DNA of 52,882 bases. Origin: Patescibacteria group bacterium (GTDB lineage Bacteria > Patescibacteriota > Patescibacteriia > Patescibacteriales > UBA12465). The position numbers and the translations under genes are program-made. Numbering within the stretch: the stretch's first letter is position 1; each line of letters begins with the position of its first letter. The notes below the pieces were generated by a model that worked only from the letters and a program-made list of their open reading frames with translations, was not told the origin of the DNA and made no database searches. The stretch is from assembly GCA_049294415.1 (NCBI GenBank), contig JBAQCS010000047.1, forward strand, positions 1 to 52,882, read 5' to 3'. Shown piece after piece: positions 26,929 to 34,719 of this stretch.

Positions 26929-28344
26929 TCAATGTTTAAGTCTTTTTCTTAACAATAAATAGACTAATATTAAAGAAATAAAGTAAATTATCACTACTTG
27001 CCAAGATACTTCTAAATTGAGGCAGGCTCGGGGCCACGTAGCCAGGAAATTCCCAGCTAAAACAACATAATGAAGCATAAAATAGGCTGGCGCAAACCAT
27101 AACACCTGTAAAGTTGGCCATAAAACAGCTAAACCAGTAGCAATCAGTAAAGCTGGCAATAGCCAAGCAAAAATCCAAACTACTACTAGGTTAGCTAGTG
27201 GTGCGATTACTGAAAAAGTTCCAAAGTTATAAGCAGAAATTGGCCAAGTTAAAAATTGAGAAGCAACTGTCATAATTAAAATACCTTTCACTTCCCCGCG
27301 ACCAAAGATTTTTTCGCCTAACGGACAAAAATAAATTAAAGCTATCATCGCTAGAAATGATAATTGAAATCCTAAATCATCTCGCAGCAAAAAAGGATTA
27401 GCAATTAACATAAGCGAGGCCGCAAAAACTAGCAATCTGCCACCAGCATCACGTCGACCATTCTTCTCTCCCCACAAAGCTAAAGTACTCATCACCGCTG
27501 ACCGCAAAGCTGATGATTGCAGTCCTGTTAAAATAGTATAAAGCCACAAGAAAATTATCACGGGATAAAAAGACCGGCGGCGACTTACACCTAGTGCTAA
27601 TAAAAAGTCATATGCTAAAACTGACAGTAGTGTTAAATGTGATCCAGAAATAGCAATAACATGACTTAAGCCACAGCAAGAAAAAGAGGCCTTCTCTTCT
27701 TTGTCTAATGTACCCTTATAACCAAGTAGTAAGGCATTGGCTAATCCGGCCTCCGGTTCAGGAATAGCGCGATTAATTGTGTAATAAGCTTTGGCTTTAA
27801 CGCGTAGTAAAAAAGAATAAAAATTATTAACCACGCCAATATTTTTTACTTTCGGAAAAGACATAGTGGAATAAATATCGTAACGAGCTAAATATCTATC
27901 ATAACGAAACTCAGAAAAGTTTTTAGGTGACTCTAAATTACCAGATAACTCCAACAACGCACCATATTTATATTCCGGATATTTTGGCAGTACTACTAAG
28001 ACTAAACCAGACACTTTTTGATTGTTTAAATAATAAGCTTTAAAAGATAAGCGCTGTGAAGAACCGCCAGGATCAATTTCTTCAATAACCTGACCACGTA
28101 AAATTACTTTTTGTTCATTATATTTTATTAAACTTTCAGCTTGTGATTTAGTTTGATAAACTTCATAACGCCACATCGCTAAACCAGCAAAGATAATTAA
28201 AATTAAAACTTGTTTATGATAACGAGGGCCCCAAATTAAGATTAAAAAAGATAACACTAACAACCACGGCGATAATTGCCATGAAGCTAAAGCGAAACCG
28301 CTTAACAGTCCTAAATTGGCGAATAAAAAAAGTGAAGCTAACAT
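26929..28344 (-). CDS. comEC: ComEC/Rec2 family DNA-uptake channel protein, competence domain only (471 aa)
   Basis: Polytopic protein with the GLSHVIAISGSHLTLL signature. Too short to include the C-terminal metallo-beta-lactamase domain. Confidence 0.8.
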   Translation of the reverse strand: MLASLFLFANLGLLSGFALASWQLSPWLLVLSFLILIWGPRYHKQVLILIIFAGLAMWRYEVYQTKSQAESLIKYNEQKVILRGQVIEEIDPGGSSQRLSFKAYYLNNQKVSGLVLVVLPKYPEYKYGALLELSGNLESPKNFSEFRYDRYLARYDIYSTMSFPKVKNIGVVNNFYSFLLRVKAKAYYTINRAIPEPEAGLANALLLGYKGTLDKEEKASFSCCGLSHVIAISGSHLTLLSVLAYDFLLALGVSRRRSFYPVIIFLWLYTILTGLQSSALRSAVMSTLALWGEKNGRRDAGGRLLVFAASLMLIANPFLLRDDLGFQLSFLAMIALIYFCPLGEKIFGRGEVKGILIMTVASQFLTWPISAYNFGTFSVIAPLANLVVVWIFAWLLPALLIATGLAVLWPTLQVLWFAPAYFMLHYVVLAGNFLATWPRACLNLEVSWQVVIIYFISLILVYLLLRKRLKH

Positions 28345-28380
28345 ATAACTTCACTTTAACAAATAGGTGATGAATTTTTC

Positions 28381-29487
28381 TTAAAGTTTTTCTTGGCCTT
28401 TTTTATAACGTAAATAATCTTCCATAAATGGTTTAAGTTCACCGTCAAAAACAGCTGTAACATCTGAGGTTTCGTGATTAGTGCGATGATCTTTCACCAT
28501 TTGATAAGGTTGTAAGACATAAGATCTAATTTGTCTGCCCCAAGCAGCCATTTGCACTACACCCTTAATCTTTTGAACTTCACCCGCTCGCTCAGCTAAG
28601 GCTAATTGATATAACTTAGCTGATAAAATACGCATAGCAATCTCTCTGTTTTGATGTTGTGAGCGCTCAGTTTGGCATGCTACCACAGTTCCAGTTGGTA
28701 TATGGGTAATTCTAATAGCTGATTCTGTTTTATTAACATTCTGACCACCAGGACCACTTGAGCGATAAACATCCACGCGTAAATCTTCATCTTTAATTTC
28801 TACGCCCGCTCCTTCTGGTAATTCTGGAATTACTTCAACTAGTGCAAAAGATGTTTGACGTAAACTCTCACCATCAAAAGGAGAAATACGAACTAAACGA
28901 TGAACACCGTTTTCACTTTGTAAAAAGCCATAGGCAAAAGCACCGGAGACTCGCATTAATACACTTTTAATACCAGCTTCATTAGCCACCGTGCGCTCTA
29001 GCACTTCAACTTGCCAACCTTGTTTTTCAAAGAAACGTAAATACATACGTTCCAACATTTGTGTAAAGTCTTGAGCGTCTACTCCGCCAGTTCCTGAATG
29101 AATTGATAAAATAGCTGGACCGTTATCATATTCACCAGATAACAAAGAATAAAATTCTAAATCTTTAAATTCATTTTGTAATTCCGTAATTTTAGTTTCA
29201 AGTTCAGTAATAAGTTCTGCTTCTTTTTCTTGTTCGGCTAATGATAAGAAATTTTTAGTTTCCTCTAAATCATTCTTCATTTTATCAAAAGGTGCTATTA
29301 CATTTACTAGTCTTTCTGTTTCTTGACCAACTACCACTGCTTTTTCTCTATCATTCCAAAAATCAGGCTCAGCTTGTTGCTTGCGATATTTCTCAATCAA
29401 GGCTCTCTTGCTAGTCAAATCTAAAACGCTCTCCAATTCTTGGAGTTTTGTTTCTAGTTCTTCAATTATTTTTTGTGGGTTGTCCAT
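28381..29487 (-). CDS. prfB: peptide chain release factor 2 (uninterrupted ORF, no programmed frameshift)
   Basis: SPF tripeptide (RISPFD) and SGPGGQNVNKTESAIRITHIPTG. Confidence 0.93.
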   Translation of the reverse strand: MDNPQKIIEELETKLQELESVLDLTSKRALIEKYRKQQAEPDFWNDREKAVVVGQETERLVNVIAPFDKMKNDLEETKNFLSLAEQEKEAELITELETKITELQNEFKDLEFYSLLSGEYDNGPAILSIHSGTGGVDAQDFTQMLERMYLRFFEKQGWQVEVLERTVANEAGIKSVLMRVSGAFAYGFLQSENGVHRLVRISPFDGESLRQTSFALVEVIPELPEGAGVEIKDEDLRVDVYRSSGPGGQNVNKTESAIRITHIPTGTVVACQTERSQHQNREIAMRILSAKLYQLALAERAGEVQKIKGVVQMAAWGRQIRSYVLQPYQMVKDHRTNHETSDVTAVFDGELKPFMEDYLRYKKGQEKL

Positions 29488-29493
29488 AAATAA

Positions 29494-29502
29494 ATTATAT
29501 CA
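29494..29502 (-). promoter_or_regulatory. extended -10 promoter TGaTATAAT ending 6 nt before the prfB ATG (candidate leaderless mRNA)
   Basis: Minus strand reads CTGATATAAT-TTATTT-ATG. Confidence 0.5.
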
Positions 29503-29528
29503 GAATCTCACTATTGTAACCATAACAT

Positions 29529-29563
29529 AAAATAAAAAAGGAAGCCCGTTGTGAGACTTCCTT
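29529..29563 (-). terminator. intrinsic terminator after the 150-aa membrane protein gene
   Basis: Minus RNA: AAGGAAG-(12 nt)-CUUCCUU followed by UUUUAUUUU. Confidence 0.7.
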
Positions 29564-29593
29564 AAGAACTTAAAAGCAATCAATTTAGCTATT

Positions 29594-30046
29594 TTAAGCC
29601 AATCGTAATCTTCTTAAAGTAAAAAAGATTTCACGAAAAGATTTTATTAGTAAACCAGTCGCTAATACTGCGGCATAAATAATAACAGTAACGATACCTA
29701 AGTTGTATTTTTCTAATAATTCCAACAATATGCCTACTTCCGATGCTTCCAGTGCCATAACAAAAACAATTGTTACAGCTGGTGATACAAGAAATAAAAA
29801 AGACAACCTGGTAAACCTATCTTGTGATTTTTTACCCAACGCAACCAAATAAACTTGGTAAATCAGTACCAGGCCCAATAATGACGTCATGCTATACAGC
29901 ATAGTTGAGCAAATTGTGTCCTGTATTTCATCAGATAGCTCAAATAAAGTAGCTATTAATAAAGCGATGACCAATGCAACAAGTACCGAGGATACTATTA
30001 TAAAAATACGACCCAGTACATACGAAAAACTAACTTTTTTTGTCAT
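29594..30046 (-). CDS. hypothetical membrane protein (150 aa, about 4 TM)
   Basis: Hydrophobic ORF with its own consensus promoter and terminator. Confidence 0.6.
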   Translation of the reverse strand: MTKKVSFSYVLGRIFIIVSSVLVALVIALLIATLFELSDEIQDTICSTMLYSMTSLLGLVLIYQVYLVALGKKSQDRFTRLSFLFLVSPAVTIVFVMALEASEVGILLELLEKYNLGIVTVIIYAAVLATGLLIKSFREIFFTLRRLRLA

Positions 30047-30175
30047 TGTGTGAATTTTTAGATTAATGTTATTTGATTAATTACAAAACCTACCATCTGC
30101 GAACTGACTGATTTAGATAAACTTAGTAATTAACCAAATATAATCTTATTTTTAAAGTTCTAATTACTCGAGCTA

Positions 30176-30204
30176 ATTGTAACATTTTTACTTAAAAATG
30201 TCAA
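30176..30204 (-). promoter_or_regulatory. promoter TTGACA-N17-TACAAT for the 150-aa membrane protein gene
   Basis: Minus strand: -35 at 30204-30199, -10 at 30181-30176. Confidence 0.65.
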
Positions 30205-30210
30205 TAAATA

Positions 30211-30236
30211 CAAAAAATCCCCCGTAGTGGAGGATT
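30211..30236 (-). terminator. intrinsic terminator after rpsI (end of the alpha-operon block)
   Basis: Minus RNA: AAUCCUCC-ACUAC-GGGGGAUU followed by UUUUUG. Confidence 0.75.
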
Positions 30237-30263
30237 CTTTGATATATTTTGCAAAATTGTTGT

Positions 30264-30767
30264 TTAACGCTTGGACCATTGTGGTGATTTTCTAGCACCT
30301 TTAAGACCAGGTTTCTTTCTTTCTTTAGCTCTAGGATCACGAGTTAAGAAGCCATTTACTTTCAAAGCTTCACGTGATTCTGGGTCAAGGGCTAACATAA
30401 CGCGAGCAACACCGTGTCTCATCGCTTCAACTTGGCCGATAGTTCCGCCGCCTTTAACGATAATTGAGATATTAACATCACGAGTATGACCAGTAGCCTT
30501 CATAGGCTGAGTAATAACTGAAGCTAAATCAGCACCAACATATTTAGTAGCTTTAACACCATTAACAATCACTGCTCCTTTAGCACCTTCAGTATAAAGG
30601 CGAACTTGAGCAACGGAAGTCTTACGGCGACCAGTAGCTTTAAGATATTTACCAGTAAATTCAACACTTTCAGCTTTATCAGTTTTTTCAACTTTTTCAG
30701 CTTCTGGTTTAATTTCCTTTTCTTTAACGGTTTTTTTCTCGGACATAAAATTTATTGAATTATTCAA
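30264..30767 (-). CDS. rpsI: 30S ribosomal protein S9 with a Lys/Glu-rich N-terminal extension
   Basis: GRRKTSVAQVRL...GGGTIGQVEAMRHGVARV...C-terminal KSPQWSKR. An alternative start is MSEKK at 30746. Confidence 0.93.
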   Translation of the reverse strand: MNNSINFMSEKKTVKEKEIKPEAEKVEKTDKAESVEFTGKYLKATGRRKTSVAQVRLYTEGAKGAVIVNGVKATKYVGADLASVITQPMKATGHTRDVNISIIVKGGGTIGQVEAMRHGVARVMLALDPESREALKVNGFLTRDPRAKERKKPGLKGARKSPQWSKR

Positions 30768-30769
30768 AG

Positions 30770-31126
30770 TTATTTCACGCTTAAACGTTTCATCATGTCA
30801 TTTCTAAGCCTGTTAGGTGGTAACATTTGCTTAACAGCACGATGTAAAACTTCAGCTGGATTATTAGAGAAGACTTCCGACATTTTTTTAGTCTTCAAAC
30901 CGCCGATATAACCCGAAAATGAAAAATAATTTTTCTGTTCAAATTTGCGGCCGGTGAATTTCACCTTTTCAATATTAGAAACTTCCACGATATCGCCCAA
31001 ATCTAAATGCGGCTGATATTCTGGCTTAGTTTTGCCACGAAGAATCATAGCGATTTGACTAGCCATACGGCCGATAGACTGATCGGTAGCATCTATTTTA
31101 ATCAATTTTCTTTCGATGTTTTTCAT
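30770..31126 (-). CDS. rplM: 50S ribosomal protein L13 (short, 118 aa)
   Basis: IDATDQSIGRMASQIAMILRGKTKPEYQPHLDLGD...VKQMLP. Confidence 0.93.
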   Translation of the reverse strand: MKNIERKLIKIDATDQSIGRMASQIAMILRGKTKPEYQPHLDLGDIVEVSNIEKVKFTGRKFEQKNYFSFSGYIGGLKTKKMSEVFSNNPAEVLHRAVKQMLPPNRLRNDMMKRLSVK

Positions 31127-31146
31127 AAATCAAACTAATTATTTAA

Positions 31147-31497
31147 CTAAACCAATTCAATTTGAACCATTTCCGCACCATCACCCTGACGAGTACCTAG
31201 TTTAATAGTTCTAGTGTAACCACCATTGCGTTCTTTGTAGCGGATGCTCAATACTTCCATTGCCTTTAAAACGGCATTCTTTTGTAATAAGACTTCTAAA
31301 AGAGAGCGACGAGCATTTAAATCACCAACTTTAGAAATAGTGATTAACTTCTCTACTAAAGGACGAACAGCTGCAGCCTTAGCTCTAGTTGTTTTAACCT
31401 TTTCGTAAAGCATGATGCTAGACGCTAAATTGCGTAACATCAACTCACGTGGACCCTTTTTGCGGTCTAAGATTTTATTTTTATTTCTGTGTCTCAT
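31147..31497 (-). CDS. rplQ: 50S ribosomal protein L17
   Basis: MRHRNKNKILDRKKGPRELMLRNLASSI...GGYTRTIKLGTRQGDGAEMVQIELV. Confidence 0.95.
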   Translation of the reverse strand: MRHRNKNKILDRKKGPRELMLRNLASSIMLYEKVKTTRAKAAAVRPLVEKLITISKVGDLNARRSLLEVLLQKNAVLKAMEVLSIRYKERNGGYTRTIKLGTRQGDGAEMVQIELV

Positions 31498-31521
31498 ATG
31501 AATCGTCTAAATCTTTATTAT

Positions 31522-32313
31522 TTATTTTTTGGCTTTTTTCTTAGCTGGTTTTGGCTCTTCAGCAATTTCTTCTGCTTCTTCAACTACCACTTCCTCTACA
31601 ACACTTTCAGCCGGGGCAGGCTCCGAGATATTGTTGGATAGTAAAGCTGAGAATTGATCAACCAAAATTTTCACTGATTGTTCAAAAGCATCTTGTAAAG
31701 TAATAGTACCATCGGTCTTAACATTCAAAACTAATTTATCCCAGTTAGTCATTTTACCAACACGAGTATTCTCAACGTCGATACTAACATTTAAAATTGG
31801 GGAGAAAATAGAATCGATTTCAATATAACCGATTTCATTATCGCGTTTGCCACTCTCTGACATTTTGTAACCGCGACCTTCTTTCACACTTATTTCCATT
31901 TCTAAAGAAGCATTATTATCAGTTAGAGTAGCAAATACTAATTCTGGATTACTGATTTCAACGTCACTATTCTTATCGATATTAGCAGCTGTCACTTGTC
32001 CAGCGCCTTTAGCTTTAAGAGTTAAAGTAACTTCTTCCTCAGTATACATCTTAACGCGTAACTGTTTTAAATTTAAAATTACTTCCAACATGTCTTCTTT
32101 TACGCCTGGCAAAGCCATGAATTCATGACTAACACCTTTAATTTTAACACCAATAACAGCTGCTCCAGGTAAAGAGGATAATAAAACACGACGCAATGAA
32201 TTGCCTAATGTCATTCCGTAACCTGGGTATAAAGGCTCCACGATAATCTGACCTTCGTTTGGAGTGTTACCCGCTTTAAAATCTATTTTTTTAGGTAAAG
32301 CGATGTTTTGCAT
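31522..32313 (-). CDS. rpoA: DNA-directed RNA polymerase alpha subunit, N-terminal domain only. The C-terminal domain is replaced by a short acidic/Lys tail.
   Basis: VEPLYPGYGMTLGNSLRRVLLSSLPGAAV. Start set at MQNIALPKK by N-terminal length match to Bacillus-type RpoA (alternative start 32331). The protein ends ...LVDQFSALLSNNISEPAPAESVVEEVVVEEAEEIAEEPKPAKKKAKK, and rplQ starts 25 nt later. Confidence 0.92.
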   Translation of the reverse strand: MQNIALPKKIDFKAGNTPNEGQIIVEPLYPGYGMTLGNSLRRVLLSSLPGAAVIGVKIKGVSHEFMALPGVKEDMLEVILNLKQLRVKMYTEEEVTLTLKAKGAGQVTAANIDKNSDVEISNPELVFATLTDNNASLEMEISVKEGRGYKMSESGKRDNEIGYIEIDSIFSPILNVSIDVENTRVGKMTNWDKLVLNVKTDGTITLQDAFEQSVKILVDQFSALLSNNISEPAPAESVVEEVVVEEAEEIAEEPKPAKKKAKK

Positions 32314-32375
32314 ATTAGCGTATTGCCGCATTGCTGCTGATTAAATAACCAGCTAAAGAACAGGCGGCGAATAAA

Positions 32376-32999
32376 TTATTTGGAATAATATTCGATAATC
32401 ATTTGAACACTAAAGTTCTGTGGCAAATCTTTATCGTTTGGTTCGTGTAAAACTTTAGCTACCTTATCAACGATATTTAACCAACTTGGTAATTCAACAT
32501 TCTTCTTTTCAAACACAGTTCTAAAGTAACGGCTATTAGCACTTTGCTTTCTAACAGCTACTACATCACCGGTTTTAACTACGTATGAAGGGATATCAAC
32601 TTTCTTACCATTAACTGTAATATGTCCGTGATTAACAACTTGACGAGCTTGAGAACGTGAATCTGCAAAAGATAGGCGGTAAACAACGTTGTCTAAACGC
32701 ATTTCTAAAGCTTGTAAAAAATTCTTACCAGCATCACCAGTTCTAGCTTGAGCTTTTTCAAAAGTTAAGCGGAATTGTTTTTCCAGCATGTTATAGAATT
32801 TCTTAGCCTTTTGTTTTTCAGCTAATTGCAAACCGTAATCGGATAAGCGCTTTCTAGGACCCTTTGGACCATGAAAACCAGGAACAAAGTTACGCTTTAC
32901 CATACCGCATTTAGCAGTCATACAGCGTTCACCTTTTAACATCAATTTTTCGCCTACACGACGGCATTGTTTGCACTTAGGTTCTAAATTTTTTCCCAT
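32376..32999 (-). CDS. rpsD: 30S ribosomal protein S4 (with an N-terminal Cys4 motif)
   Basis: CKQCRRVGEKLMLKGERCMTAKC. S4 RNA-binding domain LDNVVYRLSFADSRSQARQVVNHGHITVNGK. Confidence 0.95.
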   Translation of the reverse strand: MGKNLEPKCKQCRRVGEKLMLKGERCMTAKCGMVKRNFVPGFHGPKGPRKRLSDYGLQLAEKQKAKKFYNMLEKQFRLTFEKAQARTGDAGKNFLQALEMRLDNVVYRLSFADSRSQARQVVNHGHITVNGKKVDIPSYVVKTGDVVAVRKQSANSRYFRTVFEKKNVELPSWLNIVDKVAKVLHEPNDKDLPQNFSVQMIIEYYSK

Positions 33000-33022
33000 A
33001 TTTATCTTTTTCTTAAATTAAA

Positions 33023-33634
33023 TTAGACGCGTCTTGGTTTCTTAGGACGGCAACCATTATGAGGAACTGGGGTTGTGTCTTTAATTGAAGTCACATTTAA
33101 ACCGTTAGCGTTTAAAGCGCGAATAGCACCTTCACGACCAGTACCTACACCGGACACGAAAACACTAACTTCTTCCAAGCCGTATTCTTCTTTAGCTTTC
33201 TGGCAAGCAATTTTGGTAATAATTTGAGAAGCATAAGGAGTTGCCTTCTTAGCACCTTTAAAACCAGCCATACCAGCACTAGCCCAAGAAATAACATCGC
33301 CATTTAGGTCAGTTAAGGAAATCATAGTGTTGTTATAAGTAGCGTTAATATAAGCGCGACCGATTTTAACAACCTTATCACCTTTTTTCTTTCTTTTCTT
33401 AACTAATTTTTTCTTAGCACGAGCTTGTTTATTTTTTTCCAACTTTTGCTTGATTTCTTCAGGCAAATCTTCATCAACAGTATCCATGGAAAAACCTCTA
33501 GCTAATTCTTCTCTATCTTCTTTATCAAGATCAGTTTGAATTTCAATAGACTCTAAAGCTGGTGCTTCAGATTCTACAGCCGGAGCTTCAGCTGGAATAT
33601 TTTCTTCTGCTAATTGTTTCTTTTCGTCTGACAT
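33023..33634 (-). CDS. rpsK: 30S ribosomal protein S11 with a roughly 75-aa acidic N-terminal extension
   Basis: Core [30 protein letters not shown]...[16 protein letters not shown]. Confidence 0.95.
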   Translation of the reverse strand: MSDEKKQLAEENIPAEAPAVESEAPALESIEIQTDLDKEDREELARGFSMDTVDEDLPEEIKQKLEKNKQARAKKKLVKKRKKKGDKVVKIGRAYINATYNNTMISLTDLNGDVISWASAGMAGFKGAKKATPYASQIITKIACQKAKEEYGLEEVSVFVSGVGTGREGAIRALNANGLNVTSIKDTTPVPHNGCRPKKPRRV

Positions 33635-33681
33635 AGTTTATAAAATTAGATCATTTTATCAATAAGTTTCCGGAATCAGTC

Positions 33682-34074
33682 TTAAGTCTTAAGACCAGCC
33701 TTAGCTTTTCCGCTACCAGCAGTCATACGTTTGTTACCACGAACAGTACGGCTGTTAGTTTTAGTACGTTGACCACGTAAAGGTAAGTGCTTAGTATGGC
33801 GACTACCTCTGTAACAATTAATTTCTTTTAGGCGTTTGATGTTACTGGAAACTTCACGTCTTAAATCGCCTTCAACTGTATTTTTCTTTTCTACGATTTC
33901 ACGGATAGCATTAATTTCGGATTCTTTTAAATCCTTTAAACGTGTTTCCGTATTAACGTTAGCTTCAGCTAAAATCTTGCGAGAACGAGTATTACCAATA
34001 CCAAAAATGTAGGTTAAGGCAATGTCTGCTTTTTTTTCAACTGGAAGATTAACTCCTGCGATTCTAATAGCCAT
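33682..34074 (-). CDS. rpsM: 30S ribosomal protein S13
   Basis: [27 protein letters not shown]...[20 protein letters not shown]. Confidence 0.95.
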   Translation of the reverse strand: MAIRIAGVNLPVEKKADIALTYIFGIGNTRSRKILAEANVNTETRLKDLKESEINAIREIVEKKNTVEGDLRREVSSNIKRLKEINCYRGSRHTKHLPLRGQRTKTNSRTVRGNKRMTAGSGKAKAGLKT

Positions 34075-34133
34075 AATTTTTTAAGCTTAGCCAAAGGTAG
34101 TTATTTTAGATAACCGCCCGGCTCACTTCTTAT

Positions 34134-34247
34134 TTATCCTTGTCTTTGTTTATGTTTAGGGTTTTTGCAAATAACGTGAACTCTGCCTTCGCGGCGAATT
34201 ACTTTACAGTCTTTACAAATTGCTTTAGCACTAGCTCTTACTTTCAT
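34134..34247 (-). CDS. rpmJ: 50S ribosomal protein L36 (37 aa, below the ORF-track cutoff)
   Basis: My translation: [37 protein letters not shown]. Canonical L36 with a CxxC...C...H zinc motif, lying between infA and rpsM. Confidence 0.93.
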   Translation of the reverse strand: MKVRASAKAICKDCKVIRREGRVHVICKNPKHKQRQG

Positions 34248-34311
34248 AATCTTTGTTCTAGTTTATAAAATTTTTGGTTTGTTCAGAGACCGGGGAGCCT
34301 CCTTGCTATAT

Positions 34312-34527
34312 TTACATACGGTACACGATTCTTCCCTTGCTTAGATCGTAGGGGCTAATCTGGACCTTAACGCGATCGCCTGGCAAAAGTCGAATTTTAT
34401 TCATTCTCATTTTACCGGACAGATGGGCTAAAATTTCATGACCGTTTTCCAAAACAACTTTAAAAGTAGCAGCAGGCATAAGTTCTTCAACTTCGCCTTG
34501 AATTTCGATGAAATCTTTAGCATTCAT
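34312..34527 (-). CDS. infA: translation initiation factor IF-1
   Basis: [70 protein letters not shown] aligns end to end with canonical 72-aa IF-1. An alternative start is MSKRNN at 34575. The track ORF start (34695) lies inside the promoter -35 box. Confidence 0.9.
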   Translation of the reverse strand: MNAKDFIEIQGEVEELMPAATFKVVLENGHEILAHLSGKMRMNKIRLLPGDRVKVQISPYDLSKGRIVYRM

Positions 34528-34666
34528 CGTTACGCTTTCACTGCTCTCTTTCTCTTTATTATTTCTTTTTGACATTAACACAAAAAAAATTTGATACGGA
34601 CAATCAAGTCTTATCAATTTTTGTAAAAATATTAGTTTTTTTATTTTGACATCTTGATATGGAATT

Positions 34667-34695
34667 ATTATAGATAGAAGTTCATCACTTGTCAA
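34667..34695 (-). promoter_or_regulatory. perfect consensus sigma70-type promoter TTGACA-N17-TATAAT upstream of infA
   Basis: Minus strand: TTGACA at 34695-34690, a 17-nt spacer, TATAAT at 34672-34667. Confidence 0.75.
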
Positions 34696-34719
34696 TAGAC
34701 AAATATTGAATATTAGCCT

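Noticed and set aside
34646-34674. Plus-strand TTGACA-N17-TATAGA promoter-like site overlapping the infA promoter, pointing antisense into alaS
   Set aside because: The -10 lacks the critical final T (TATAGA), no plus-strand gene lies downstream, and the match is plausible by chance in AT-rich DNA.
34528-34695. N-terminal 56 codons of the 127-aa ORF-track call for infA
   Set aside because: Its ATG lies inside the -35 box of the perfect promoter. Canonical IF-1 aligns from MNAKDF (34527). The intermediate start MSKRNN (34575) remains a possible alternative.
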